Of a DNA stretch of 64,000 nucleotides, positions 9,839 through 20,154 are shown one piece after another. The notes beneath the pieces were generated by a model. It did not search any database, was not told the DNA's origin, and saw only the letters and a program-made list of their open reading frames with translations. Numbering within the stretch: position 1 is the first letter of the stretch; the number at the start of each line of letters is the position of its first letter. Made by a program: the position numbers and the translations under genes. Source of the DNA: an uncultured Alphaproteobacteria bacterium (GTDB lineage: Bacteria > Pseudomonadota > Alphaproteobacteria > HIMB59 > GCA-002718135); contig CACJSL010000003.1 of the NCBI GenBank assembly GCA_902596065.1, forward strand, positions 1,087-65,086, given 5' to 3'.

Positions 9839-10549
9839 TCACCATAAATAAAAAAATGCAAAAATAAAAACCCAAACCAAATCGACAAAATGCCAATATA
9901 AACCCATAATTTCTATTGCTTCGTAGTCAGACTTTTGCGAAGTAAAAAAACCTCTTTTCCCAGTATCAAAATGTCCACGAAATACTTTATAAGTCATAAT
10001 AAATAGAAAAATTACTCCTATTGTTACGTGTGTGCCATGAAAGCCAGTTATCATGAAAAATATAGCGCCAAATTGAGGAGCTCCAAAAGGATTAGACCAA
10101 GGGCGAACACCTTCCATAATTAATTTAGTCCATTCAAAAGCTTGCATACCAACAAAAGATGCACCAAGAACTGCAGTTGCTAACATGAGATAACCACACA
10201 TTTTACGATTTTTTTCATAACCATATTTTACAGCTAATGCCATTGTTCCACTGCTTGTAATTAAAATAAAAGTCATGATAGCAATTAATAGAAGAGGAAC
10301 ATTAGCTTGACCAACATGAAGACCAAACACTTCACTCGGATTTGGCCATTCATTTTTAGTGGAAAATCTAACAGTCATATAAGATATTAAAAAAATGCTA
10401 AATACAAAAGTATCACTAACAAGAAAAATCCACATCATAGCTTTTCCCCATGGAACTCCTTTAAAAGCCTTTTGATCTGAAGACCACTCTTTTGCAAATG
10501 ATTCTTTAGGAGGTATTACAACTTGAACTGATGAACTTGATTCTTCCAT
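9839..10549 (-). CDS. coxP: Heme-copper oxidase subunit III (CoxP-type)
   Basis: WGKAMMWIFLVSD, TGFHGTHV, GLYWHFVDLVWVFIF. Confidence 0.85.
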   Translation of the reverse strand: MEESSSSVQVVIPPKESFAKEWSSDQKAFKGVPWGKAMMWIFLVSDTFVFSIFLISYMTVRFSTKNEWPNPSEVFGLHVGQANVPLLLIAIMTFILITSSGTMALAVKYGYEKNRKMCGYLMLATAVLGASFVGMQAFEWTKLIMEGVRPWSNPFGAPQFGAIFFMITGFHGTHVTIGVIFLFIMTYKVFRGHFDTGKRGFFTSQKSDYEAIEIMGLYWHFVDLVWVFIFAFFYLW

Positions 10550-10564
10550 TTTTTGTACCTCCTT

Positions 10565-11203
10565 TTATGTAAACAACATTAACCCAAATAAGACTATCCA
10601 TACAGCTAATAGAAAATGCCAATAAATTGAGCACAGTTCAATTGTATGTTTAGCTTTTCGAATATCAATATCATTAATATTCCAAACTTTTCTTATTGTC
10701 ATTACCCAATAAACTAAACCACCTAAAAGATGTAACCCATGAAGAGCTGTAAATAGATAAAAATATGCATTAGCAGGACTTCCGTATACATAATAACCTT
10801 TATCAACCATATTTTGCCAAACTAAAAATTGACCAATAAGAAATACTAAAGCCAAAAAACCTACTAAAATTAAGTCTCTTTTTGCTTTTTTAAATTGATT
10901 TTTTTTTGAAGCTATTTGAATACGAATAAAAATAATACTACTAACAAAAAGTATAAAAGTATTAATCCATAATAAAAATGGTTCAGGCATTTTTACCCAA
11001 TCATCGTAGATCATTCTATCACCGTATGTCACAATAAATAAACAAAACATTATCGTGCTTACTATCATTAAATAACGAAGACCTAGTTTTCCCACATGTA
11101 AGTTAAAAGTTTTACCTTCATGTGAATTATCAATTTTAACCTGAGCGGGATCCCAAGGCTTTTGGGTCAATTGATCTATTATTGAATCTTTTTTTGTTTC
11201 CAT
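10565..11203 (-). CDS. coxO: Heme-copper oxidase subunit III (CoxO-type)
   Basis: TALHGLHLLGG, YWHFLLAVW; start taken at ATG 11203 just after the subunit I stop. Confidence 0.82.
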   Translation of the reverse strand: METKKDSIIDQLTQKPWDPAQVKIDNSHEGKTFNLHVGKLGLRYLMIVSTIMFCLFIVTYGDRMIYDDWVKMPEPFLLWINTFILFVSSIIFIRIQIASKKNQFKKAKRDLILVGFLALVFLIGQFLVWQNMVDKGYYVYGSPANAYFYLFTALHGLHLLGGLVYWVMTIRKVWNINDIDIRKAKHTIELCSIYWHFLLAVWIVLFGLMLFT

Positions 11204-11204
11204 A

Positions 11205-12995
11205 TTACGTTTGTTCAGCTCTTGCATTTGCTACCGCACTAGGAGGTGTATCTTGAGTAATGTAATCCTCATCAGCACCTGGAACACTGTAGTCATATGC
11301 CCATCGATAAACAACAGGTAATTCTTTATCAAAATTTCCATGAGTTGGAGGGACATCTTTTGTTCTCCATTCCAAAGAACATGCCTTCCAAGGATTTTTA
11401 CCAGCTTTTTTACCAAATTTAGAGCTAACTATAATATTGTAAATGAATAAGAACTGTGCCGCTCCAGTAACTAGTGCTGCAACAGTGATAAACTGATTAA
11501 TTCCTGTAATTGAATAGGTAAAAGCTTCACCTTCAAAAACTTCAAAATATCTTCTAGTAACTCCCATAAAGCCTAGGTAATGCATTGGGAAGTATATTGA
11601 ATACGATCCAATAAACGTTACCCAAAAGTGAATTTTTCCAAGTCTTTCATTAAGAAAACGTCCAGTTATAAGAGGGAACCAGTGGTAAACTGATCCTAAG
11701 ATTACGAGTACAGGTGCTATCCCCATAACCATATGAAAATGAGCTACTACAAAATAAGTATCTGATAGTGGTACATCAACAGCAACGTTTCCTAAAAACA
11801 ATCCAGTCAAACCTCCATTAACAAAAGTAATAATAAAGGCTATTGAGAATAACATTGGGAGAGTCAGTTTAATATTTCCTCTCCATAAAGTTAGAACCCA
11901 GTTATAAACTTTTATTGCTGTTGGAACGGCAATAATTAGAGTTGTTGTGGCAAAGAAAAATCCAAACCATGGATTCATACCTGCTACATACATATGGTGC
12001 GCCCAAACAACAAAACTTAATCCTCCTATAATAACTATTGCCCATACCATCATACGATAACCAAAAATATTCTTTCTTGCATGAACAGAAATTAAATCTG
12101 AAACAATACCAAATGCAGGTAGAGCAACTATATAAACTTCAGGATGACCAAAAAACCAAAAAAGATGTTGGAATAATATTGGGCTTCCTCCCTCATGAGT
12201 AAGTTTTTCACCAAATTGAATAATTGCGGGCATAAAAAAACTAGTGCCAAGCATATTATCAAGTGTCATCATAATGCCGGCAACAAATAAAGCTGGAAAA
12301 GCAAATAAAGCCAAAACAGTTGCTGTAAAAATTCCCCATACAGTTAAAGGAAGTCTCATTAATGTCATCCCTCGTGTTCTTGCTTGCAAGACAGTAATAA
12401 CATAATTTAGACCGCCCATTGTAAAACCAATTACAAATACTGCTAAGGAAACTAACATTAGAACTATTCCCAAACCATCACCACCTGGAGTTCCAGATGT
12501 AATGGCCTGAGGAGGATATAATGTCCATCCTGCGCCAGTAGGACCACCTGGTACAAAATAACTTGAGGCTAAAATTATTACGGCTAAGAAAAATACCCAG
12601 AAACTAACCATGTTTACATATGGAAATACCATATCACGTGCACCAACCATTAGCGGTATTAAATAATTACCAAACCCTCCTAGGAAAAGGGCTGTCAATA
12701 AGTATACAACCATTATCATACCATGCATTGTTACTAATTGATAATATTGAGCAGCATCCATTGGGATCAAACCTGGAAATGCTATTTGCATTCTCATAAG
12801 CCATGAAGAAACTAAACCTACGAGACCTATTGCTACTGCAGTTAAACCATACTGAATTCCAATAACTTTTGCATCTTGACAAAAAATGTATTTAGTCCAA
12901 AAACTTTTTGCATGATAGAGGTCCTGCGGGGCTACTTCCAATGCAGGTATCGATTCTTTATTCTTTACAACATCTTCATAACTATCTGCAGCCAC
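11205..12995 (-). CDS. coxN: Cytochrome c oxidase subunit I (CoxN-type, family A1)
   Basis: TMHG, GWTLYPP, WFFGHPEVY, WAHHM, VAHFHMV. Confidence 0.93.
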   Translation of the reverse strand: MAADSYEDVVKNKESIPALEVAPQDLYHAKSFWTKYIFCQDAKVIGIQYGLTAVAIGLVGLVSSWLMRMQIAFPGLIPMDAAQYYQLVTMHGMIMVVYLLTALFLGGFGNYLIPLMVGARDMVFPYVNMVSFWVFFLAVIILASSYFVPGGPTGAGWTLYPPQAITSGTPGGDGLGIVLMLVSLAVFVIGFTMGGLNYVITVLQARTRGMTLMRLPLTVWGIFTATVLALFAFPALFVAGIMMTLDNMLGTSFFMPAIIQFGEKLTHEGGSPILFQHLFWFFGHPEVYIVALPAFGIVSDLISVHARKNIFGYRMMVWAIVIIGGLSFVVWAHHMYVAGMNPWFGFFFATTTLIIAVPTAIKVYNWVLTLWRGNIKLTLPMLFSIAFIITFVNGGLTGLFLGNVAVDVPLSDTYFVVAHFHMVMGIAPVLVILGSVYHWFPLITGRFLNERLGKIHFWVTFIGSYSIYFPMHYLGFMGVTRRYFEVFEGEAFTYSITGINQFITVAALVTGAAQFLFIYNIIVSSKFGKKAGKNPWKACSLEWRTKDVPPTHGNFDKELPVVYRWAYDYSVPGADEDYITQDTPPSAVANARAEQT

Positions 12996-13007
12996 TATAT
13001 ACCTCCT

Positions 13008-13853
13008 TTAAAGATCATTCTTTTTATTAAGTGCAATTTTTATTAAATCACTTTTGCCATTACTTGCTAGCACTTCCTCAAAAGTCATTTGTTCATCTAC
13101 CCATTCATCATATTCTTTTTGTTCATCAACATATACATAGCCAAGCATAGCATAATGGCCTGTACCACAATATTCAGCACATAAAATTTCATACTCGCCT
13201 GTTTTTATTGGGGTAAACCAATAATATGTTATCGTTCCTGGCACCATATCCATTTTAGCTCTAAACTGAGGAACATAAAAATCATGCAAAACATCTAAAG
13301 CTCTTAAATTTAATTTTAATGGTCGATCGAGTAATATATGAAGATCATCAGCATCAACTAATACATCATCAAGACTATACGGATCATCTGTATTCAAACC
13401 AAAAGGATTATCATCATCAATATTTTTTATACTTGTAGTACCCAACACTCCATCTTTACCGGGCAAACGATACATCCAGCCCCATTGTTGACCAACAACT
13501 TCTATCTCATACGCTCCTTTTGGAACTGTTACAAAATTATTCCAAACAATAAGTCCTGGGGCTAGTAGAGCTATAACACCAATTGTCGTTAGGATAGTTA
13601 GTGTCCATTCTAATTTTGAATTTTCAGGTTCGTATTCAGCTTTTTTGTCTTTATCATATCTAAACTTCCAAATGCAATATGCCATGAACAAACCTATTGC
13701 TACAAACACTGCACCTGTTATCCAAAAAGTTAAGATGATTGTATCATCCATTCCAACCCAATTTGAAGCAATTTCACTCCACCACCATGGTGACACCATA
13801 TGGAAAACAACTGAGCCTAAGATGACAATTAAAACTAAAAGTACGACAAACAT
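13008..13853 (-). CDS. coxM: Cytochrome c oxidase subunit II (CoxM-type, CuA)
   Basis: QQWGW, DVLHDF, CAEYCGTGHYAM CuA ligands; two N-terminal TM helices. Confidence 0.92.
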   Translation of the reverse strand: MFVVLLVLIVILGSVVFHMVSPWWWSEIASNWVGMDDTIILTFWITGAVFVAIGLFMAYCIWKFRYDKDKKAEYEPENSKLEWTLTILTTIGVIALLAPGLIVWNNFVTVPKGAYEIEVVGQQWGWMYRLPGKDGVLGTTSIKNIDDDNPFGLNTDDPYSLDDVLVDADDLHILLDRPLKLNLRALDVLHDFYVPQFRAKMDMVPGTITYYWFTPIKTGEYEILCAEYCGTGHYAMLGYVYVDEQKEYDEWVDEQMTFEEVLASNGKSDLIKIALNKKNDL

Positions 13854-13943
13854 TTTTCAGGGATTAAATAGTTTAATATTAAGAGAAATCAAAGCAAAAA
13901 CTGAGAAATTTAAATAAATTATTTAATATTTTTCCCATTTTTA

Positions 13944-13975
13944 TTGACACTTATCAGAGTGCGACTTTTAGTCAT
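13944..13975. promoter_or_regulatory. Candidate FNR/FixK-like box followed by a candidate RegA/PrrA-like box in the divergent cox/pseudoazurin promoter
   Basis: TTGAC-ACTT-ATCAG at 13944-13957 (8/10 to TTGAT-N4-ATCAA) and GCGAC-TTTTA-GTCAT at 13961-13975; TTGACA could instead be a -35 element. Confidence 0.3.
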
Positions 13976-14061
13976 GCTAGATTAATCGAATTTTCATATT
14001 TTTTTTTGATTTAAGGTTTTATTTACTTAAATATTACTTAAAATAAAGGTAAGGAAAGATT

Positions 14062-14493
14062 ATGAAATTTGTTATTATATTTATTAGCCTATTTTTTTCA
14101 AAAATATTATTTGGAGCTGACATTAATGTTCAGATGCTTAATAAATTAGAAAAAAGAAATATGGTATTTAGTGAAGAGATTATTAAAATTAATGTTGGTG
14201 ATACTGTTTTTTGGGAAGCAACTGATAAAGGACATAACGTAGAATTTATTTCTAAAAATGGTGTTCCAGAAGGAGTTGATAAGTTTAAATCTAAAATTAA
14301 TAAAGATGCTGAATTTACTTTTACTATACCTGGCATTTACGCATACTGGTGCACACCTCATAAAACTATGGGTATGATAGGTTTTGTAATAGTAGGAGAT
14401 GATTTATCAAATTTAGACTCTATTAAAAAAGTTAAATTTGGTGGTAAATCAAAAAAAATTGCAAAAGGACTTATTGCTGAAATTGAAGGTTAA
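14062..14493 (+). CDS. Pseudoazurin (type I blue copper protein)
   Basis: Signal peptide, VQMLNK, GHNVEF, YWCTPHKTMGM His/Cys/His/Met ligands. Confidence 0.92.
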   Translation: MKFVIIFISLFFSKILFGADINVQMLNKLEKRNMVFSEEIIKINVGDTVFWEATDKGHNVEFISKNGVPEGVDKFKSKINKDAEFTFTIPGIYAYWCTPHKTMGMIGFVIVGDDLSNLDSIKKVKFGGKSKKIAKGLIAEIEG

Positions 14494-14499
14494 TAATTT

Positions 14500-15042
14500 T
14501 TGGTGTTAAAAAAAAACAGATTTTTATTTTTTGTTATTTTAAATACTGCATTATTAATGATTATTTTATTTCTATCAATTCCAATTTCTAAACTTTTAAA
14601 AAAAATTGATTTAGAAGATAATGAATTTATAGAAGGCCAAGTCATTATAAATCCAAAAGCAGTTTCTCCTGCAATCTTAGACAGAGAAGTTAATATTAAA
14701 TTATTAGCGAAAGTAGATGAATCACTTAATTGGTCATTTGAACCTTTGCAGGATAATATAGTTGTTAAAATTGGAGAGAATACAAAAGTAGAGTACATCG
14801 GCAAAAACTTAACAAATGAAACTTTAACTTCTACTGCTAATTTTGTTGCCAATCCTGATACTATTCAGCCTTATTTAATTAAGTCTGAATGTTTCTGTTT
14901 TATTGAACAAACCCTTAATTCTGGCGAAAGTAAAATTTTTACTATGGTGTTTTTTATTGATCCATCTATGGATTCAGACAAAAATTTTAATGATTTAAAA
15001 GAACTAGTATTCACATACGAATTTTCAGAATATAAAAGTTAA
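14500..15042 (+). CDS. ctaG: Cytochrome c oxidase copper chaperone Cox11/CtaG
   Basis: N-terminal TM helix, WSFEP, ECFCFIEQTL, FFIDP. Confidence 0.85.
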   Translation: MVLKKNRFLFFVILNTALLMIILFLSIPISKLLKKIDLEDNEFIEGQVIINPKAVSPAILDREVNIKLLAKVDESLNWSFEPLQDNIVVKIGENTKVEYIGKNLTNETLTSTANFVANPDTIQPYLIKSECFCFIEQTLNSGESKIFTMVFFIDPSMDSDKNFNDLKELVFTYEFSEYKS

Positions 15043-15065
15043 TACTTAATTTATTAACTTCTAAA

Positions 15066-15746
15066 ATGAGTATTAGAAAAAAATTATTAAAACATTTTAT
15101 TGTTCAACAACTATTAGCATTCATTGCGTTCATATATATCGTATTTGTTAAAATAACTTCAAATATCAAATATGAAAATATTGATTCACCTAAAAAATAT
15201 TGGCAAAATAAAAAACCATTTATTTTAGCTTTTTGGCATGGCCAACTAATGACATTTAGCTATACTTGGAAAATTAATAAAAAATTAAATATTCTCGCTT
15301 CAAGTCATAGTGATGGTAGATTTGGTGCAAGTATAGCTAGATACTTTAAATTAAATAACATACCCATATCAAGTGATAGTAATAATTTATCACTCAGACC
15401 AATTTTTAAAATTTTAAATTCAAATAATTATATTGCTATCACACCAGATGGTCCAAGAGGCCCAAAAGAAAAAGTTTCTGAAGGAATAATTAAGATTGCT
15501 AAAATATCAAAGGTACCAATTATTCCTGTTGGTTTTGGATCATCAAAAAACTTTTGTCTAAAATCATGGGATTCTTTTCTTATAACTTTGCCTTTCTCCA
15601 AATGTAGGATAGTTTGGGGTGATTCAATTACTATTCCTGAAAATTTAGAAGATCAAGAAATTGCAACATATAAAAAAATAATTGAAGAAAAAATAAATGA
15701 ATGTGTAAAAAAAGCTAAAGAAAATTTATATGATAAATCTTTATAA
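15066..15746 (+). CDS. DUF374 / lysophospholipid acyltransferase-like protein
   Basis: AFWHG, SSHSDG, ITPDGPRGP, SWDSF; usual position upstream of waaA. Confidence 0.88.
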   Translation: MSIRKKLLKHFIVQQLLAFIAFIYIVFVKITSNIKYENIDSPKKYWQNKKPFILAFWHGQLMTFSYTWKINKKLNILASSHSDGRFGASIARYFKLNNIPISSDSNNLSLRPIFKILNSNNYIAITPDGPRGPKEKVSEGIIKIAKISKVPIIPVGFGSSKNFCLKSWDSFLITLPFSKCRIVWGDSITIPENLEDQEIATYKKIIEEKINECVKKAKENLYDKSL

Positions 15747-16977
15747 AATACTAGGTTGGATTTTAATTCCCTTAATAAAAATCAATACATTAATTAGAAT
15801 AAAAAAGAATAAAGAATTATCTTCAAGATATAAAGAGCGATATGGGATTACATCTAAGCTTCCAATTAATAATAAGAAAGTCATATGGATACACGCTGCA
15901 AGTTTGGGCGAATTTAAGAGTACTGATCATTTGATTAAGAAATATTTTAAAAATTATACATTGTTAGTTACTACTACTACTGTAAGTGCAGCAAATTTTG
16001 CACAACAAAAATATGGAGATAAAATTATTCATCAATTTGCACCCTTAGATATTAATATTTGGGTTAAAAGATTTTTATTGCATTGGAATCCAGCATTTGT
16101 AATTTGGGTTGAATCAGATTTATGGCCAATAACCCTCAATATGATAAAAAAATCAAAAATTGAGGCCATTTTAGTAAATGTAAGATTGTCTCCTAAATCT
16201 CTAAAAAGATGGAAATTGATTCCTTCGCTTTATAATAATTTAATGCATTGCTTTAATGAAATTTTTGCTCAAAGTAGAAATGATCAGAAAAGGATTCAAT
16301 CTTTATCAAATAAAAATATTGAGTTCATTGGTAATTTAAAATTAACTCAATCAAATCTATTGAGCAATATATCTAAAACAAAATCAAAGTATCTAACAAT
16401 TATGTTAGCAAATACACACCATCAAGAAGAAACACAAATATTGCCTATACTGAAAAATCTTTTAAAACATTATACCAATTTAAAACTTATTATTGCTCCA
16501 AGGCACCCTGAGCGATCTAAGATAATAGAAAATTTGTGTTTAAAAAATAATCTTGCTAGTGAATTACATTCAAGAAAAAAAGGGAATTCTAATAAGATTT
16601 TAATAATAGATTCATTTGGAATTCTTGATGAATATTACGCAATAAGCGATATTGTTTTTTTAGGAGGGTCGCTGGTTGACTCAGGTGGACATAACCCTTT
16701 AGAGCCAGCTATTAATAATTGTGCAATCATAACAGGACCAATATTATTTAATTGGCAAAATATATTTGAAGAAATGATCAAAGATGAATCTTGTATTATA
16801 GTCGAGTCTGAAAAAATGATAAAAAATGAAATAAAAATTTTAATTGATGATAAAAATAAATTGGATAGAATAAAAACAAATGCTTATAAATTTGCTCAAA
16901 AAAATTTTATTAATACTAACTTATTAGAGGAAACAATAAATCAATATTTAAAAAAATACGATGTTAAAAGCTCCTAA
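15730..16977 (+). CDS. waaA: 3-deoxy-D-manno-octulosonic acid transferase
   Basis: WIHAASLGE, ESDLWP, APRHPER, GGHNPLEP. Confidence 0.95.
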   Translation: MINLYKILGWILIPLIKINTLIRIKKNKELSSRYKERYGITSKLPINNKKVIWIHAASLGEFKSTDHLIKKYFKNYTLLVTTTTVSAANFAQQKYGDKIIHQFAPLDINIWVKRFLLHWNPAFVIWVESDLWPITLNMIKKSKIEAILVNVRLSPKSLKRWKLIPSLYNNLMHCFNEIFAQSRNDQKRIQSLSNKNIEFIGNLKLTQSNLLSNISKTKSKYLTIMLANTHHQEETQILPILKNLLKHYTNLKLIIAPRHPERSKIIENLCLKNNLASELHSRKKGNSNKILIIDSFGILDEYYAISDIVFLGGSLVDSGGHNPLEPAINNCAIITGPILFNWQNIFEEMIKDESCIIVESEKMIKNEIKILIDDKNKLDRIKTNAYKFAQKNFINTNLLEETINQYLKKYDVKSS

Positions 16978-17956
16978 ATTTTGGTATGTAAAAAAAGATA
17001 CTTTGCTCTCACGTGTTTTTTATCCTTTATCATTGTTGTTTAGACTAGGTACAAAAATTAGAAATACTATAAGCGTAACTAAAAAATCACATTTGCCAAT
17101 AATATGTGTGGGCAATATAGTAGTTGGAGGAGCTGGCAAAACTCCAGTTGCATTAAAAATTGGAAAGATGCTAATAGAATCAGGCTACTCTCCTCATTTT
17201 ATTTCAAAAGGATATGCAGGTTTAATAAAAACTAATACGCCAGTAGAATCATGGCATTCACCTAAATCAGTCGGAGATGAACCTCTATTATTATCTGAAA
17301 TAGCACCAACATGGATTGGAATTGATAGAAATAAATCGATAAGTCTCGCTGCTGAAAAAGGAGGGGATTGTATCATTATGGACGATGGATTTCAAAACCC
17401 TACTATTCATAAAGATTTTTCCATTATTGTTATAAATGCTGCTCAAGAATTTGGTAATAAAAGAGTAATGCCTGCAGGGCCACTTAGAGAAAGTATCAAA
17501 AGAGGTTTGTCTCGAACTAATTTAATTGTAGTTATAGGTGAAATAACAGAATATTTAAAAAAAACAATTCCTGATCATATTCCGGTAATACCTGCAAAAT
17601 TTAATATTTTTAATGAAAGCAAAATATTTAAGGGTCAAACTATTACTGCTTTTGCAGGAATAGCTTATCCTGAAAAATTTTTTTCTTCTTTAAGAGAGCA
17701 AGGTGCCAAAGTAGTAAAAGAGATAATATATCCAGATCATCATATATATGATGAAAATGATTTATTATATCTTGCAGAAACAGCTAATAAAAATAAATCT
17801 ATACTCGTATCTACAAAAAAAGATTTTGTTAGAATTCCTAAGTCCTATAGATCTCTAATTAACACTTTAGAAGGAGAGATCGTTTTTGAAAAAGAAAGTT
17901 TGATAAAAGAAATTTTAACAAATGTTATAGAAAATCAAATACAAAATGCAAAATAA
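16961..17956 (+). CDS. lpxK: Tetraacyldisaccharide 4'-kinase
   Basis: VGNIVVGGAGKTP, GDEP, MDDGFQ, PAGPLRE, YPDHH. Confidence 0.96.
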   Translation: MLKAPKFWYVKKDTLLSRVFYPLSLLFRLGTKIRNTISVTKKSHLPIICVGNIVVGGAGKTPVALKIGKMLIESGYSPHFISKGYAGLIKTNTPVESWHSPKSVGDEPLLLSEIAPTWIGIDRNKSISLAAEKGGDCIIMDDGFQNPTIHKDFSIIVINAAQEFGNKRVMPAGPLRESIKRGLSRTNLIVVIGEITEYLKKTIPDHIPVIPAKFNIFNESKIFKGQTITAFAGIAYPEKFFSSLREQGAKVVKEIIYPDHHIYDENDLLYLAETANKNKSILVSTKKDFVRIPKSYRSLINTLEGEIVFEKESLIKEILTNVIENQIQNAK

Positions 17957-18827
17957 TTTATTTAAAAAAATATTATTAAACTTAGAATTTATAGTTATTT
18001 TTTTAATTTTTCTTTTTTTAAATTTAATGCCTATTAAATTTGTAACATTTTTAGGTAGTGTAATATTTAGAACTTTAGGTCCATTAACTAAAACACAAAA
18101 AATTGTAAAAAAAAATTTGTCAAAAATTTTTCCTGAAAAGAATAATATGCAAATTAAAAAAGAGTCAGTACTGGGATGGTCAAATACTGGTAAAACTTTT
18201 TTTGAATTATTGATTCTGCCAAAAATAACAAGATCTAAAAATAAAATTTTAATTGAAGGGAGGAAGATACTAGATGAATTAATTAATAATAAAGAAAAGG
18301 CCATATTCATAGGCATACATCAATCAAATTGGGAAATACTAGTGCCTACGATCGATAAGATTGGAGTACCTTTAGTAGGAATATACCGCCATATTAATAA
18401 TCCTTATATCAACAAACTTATTTTACAAATTAGAAAAAAAAGTCTTTATTCAGATAAAAGCTTTTATACACCAAAAGGAAAAAAAAGTGCAAAAGACATA
18501 ATTGAAGGTATCATTAATAATAATTCAATAATATTACTTGTTGATCAAAGAGATTCAGCTGGTCAGATAATAGACTTTTTCAATTTTCCTGCCAAAACTC
18601 AAACTGGCTTTATTAAAATTGCAAAAAAATATAATATGAAAATAATTCCTGTAGAAAATATAAGAAATTTAAATAATACTTTTACTCTTAAATTTCATGC
18701 TCCTATAAATACATTGGAAAATCAATTATCTGAGAATGAATTAATGCTAGAAATTCATAAAAAAATAGAATCTTGGATTATAAAAAATCCAACTAATTGG
18801 TTTTTACAACATAATCGTTTTAATTAA
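17946..18827 (+). CDS. lpxL: Lipid A late acyltransferase (LpxL/HtrB family)
   Basis: HQSNWE, LLVDQ, FFNFPA, W..QHNRF C-terminus; follows lpxK. Confidence 0.88.
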   Translation: MQNNLFKKILLNLEFIVIFLIFLFLNLMPIKFVTFLGSVIFRTLGPLTKTQKIVKKNLSKIFPEKNNMQIKKESVLGWSNTGKTFFELLILPKITRSKNKILIEGRKILDELINNKEKAIFIGIHQSNWEILVPTIDKIGVPLVGIYRHINNPYINKLILQIRKKSLYSDKSFYTPKGKKSAKDIIEGIINNNSIILLVDQRDSAGQIIDFFNFPAKTQTGFIKIAKKYNMKIIPVENIRNLNNTFTLKFHAPINTLENQLSENELMLEIHKKIESWIIKNPTNWFLQHNRFN

Positions 18828-20154
18828 TTTTCTTAACTTTAATATTAATAAGTTTATCTAAAAACTGAATGTCTAGTGTATCCTCTTTTTTTATAAGATT
18901 GGATTTATTAATAATTTTTTTAGACTTTCTAATTATACTGTAACCTTTTTTTAGATTAGAATGCAATGAATTTGATTGAAGCAGAAGAGTGAGTTTTTTT
19001 AATTCCTTTATATAATTCTCTTTTTTATTTAAAAATATTTTGTCAACCTCCTTTATAGTATTATTTAAATATTTTTTTTGAGATTCGATTATTTTTTCTG
19101 GAGGACGTATTAAGTTTGCAATATGACTAAATTCTTTATAATTAAGTTTATAAATATAATTTAATTGATTAAAAAAATTATTATCAATATTCTTTATTTT
19201 ATTTCTATAGTTATCAATAATATTATGAGGTGCTTTTAGAAATTTGGATGAATTATATATTTGAGATTTAATAATATCTATTTTATTTTCAAAAAAATTA
19301 TTAATTCTATTATAAAAATGAATAATAATCTGTTTTAATTCACTTTGCATTGGAGTAGCTTTTTCTGCAGCTGCAGTAGGAGTCGCGACTCTCATATCAC
19401 TAACATAATCAATAATAGTTGTATCAGTTTCATGTCCAATAGCTGAAATTATAGGAATCTTAGAATCATAAACAGAGATGGCCAACTTTTCATCATTAAA
19501 TGCCATAAGATCTTCTGTGCTTCCCCCTCCTCTTGCAATAATAATCACATCCGGATTTAATTTGTACTTTGAAGAATTAAAGCCCTCTATAGCTTCTATA
19601 ATTTTTTCTGGCGCTTCCACACCTTGAACAGGAACTGGCCATAAATCTATATTTGTTGGAAAACGATCTTTTACACGATTTATTATGTCATGAATAACAG
19701 ATCCTTCTGCTGAAGTAATTACCCCAATCTTGCTCGATAAAAATGGAATTTGTTTTTTGTGTTCTTCATCAAAAATTCCCTTAGATTTTAATCTTTTTTT
19801 TCTATCTTCAATTAATTTTAATAAAGCTCCTTCACCAGCTAACTCTATTCTATCTATGTTAATAGAATAAGTTGAAATACTTTTAGCGTATGTAGATATT
19901 TTGCCAGTAACAATAACTTCCATTCCAACTTCTGGCTGAATTTGCAAATAATTTTTTTTCTGACTCCATATAGTAGCATTCAAAACAGAATTTTCATCCT
20001 TTAAAGTTAAATATATATGGCCACTAGAGGCACTTTTAAGTTGAGATACTTCCCCTCTAATACGTACATAAGTAAAATTTGACTCAACTACATCTTTTAT
20101 TTTTTGATTAAATTGAGTTACTTCATACTCAGGAATATTTATACCATCTATCAT
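18820..20154 (-). CDS. xseA: Exodeoxyribonuclease VII large subunit
   Basis: SGHIYLTLKD, ARGGGSTEDL, SAIGHETD, TPTAAAE. Confidence 0.96.
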   Translation of the reverse strand: MIDGINIPEYEVTQFNQKIKDVVESNFTYVRIRGEVSQLKSASSGHIYLTLKDENSVLNATIWSQKKNYLQIQPEVGMEVIVTGKISTYAKSISTYSINIDRIELAGEGALLKLIEDRKKRLKSKGIFDEEHKKQIPFLSSKIGVITSAEGSVIHDIINRVKDRFPTNIDLWPVPVQGVEAPEKIIEAIEGFNSSKYKLNPDVIIIARGGGSTEDLMAFNDEKLAISVYDSKIPIISAIGHETDTTIIDYVSDMRVATPTAAAEKATPMQSELKQIIIHFYNRINNFFENKIDIIKSQIYNSSKFLKAPHNIIDNYRNKIKNIDNNFFNQLNYIYKLNYKEFSHIANLIRPPEKIIESQKKYLNNTIKEVDKIFLNKKENYIKELKKLTLLLQSNSLHSNLKKGYSIIRKSKKIINKSNLIKKEDTLDIQFLDKLINIKVKKIN

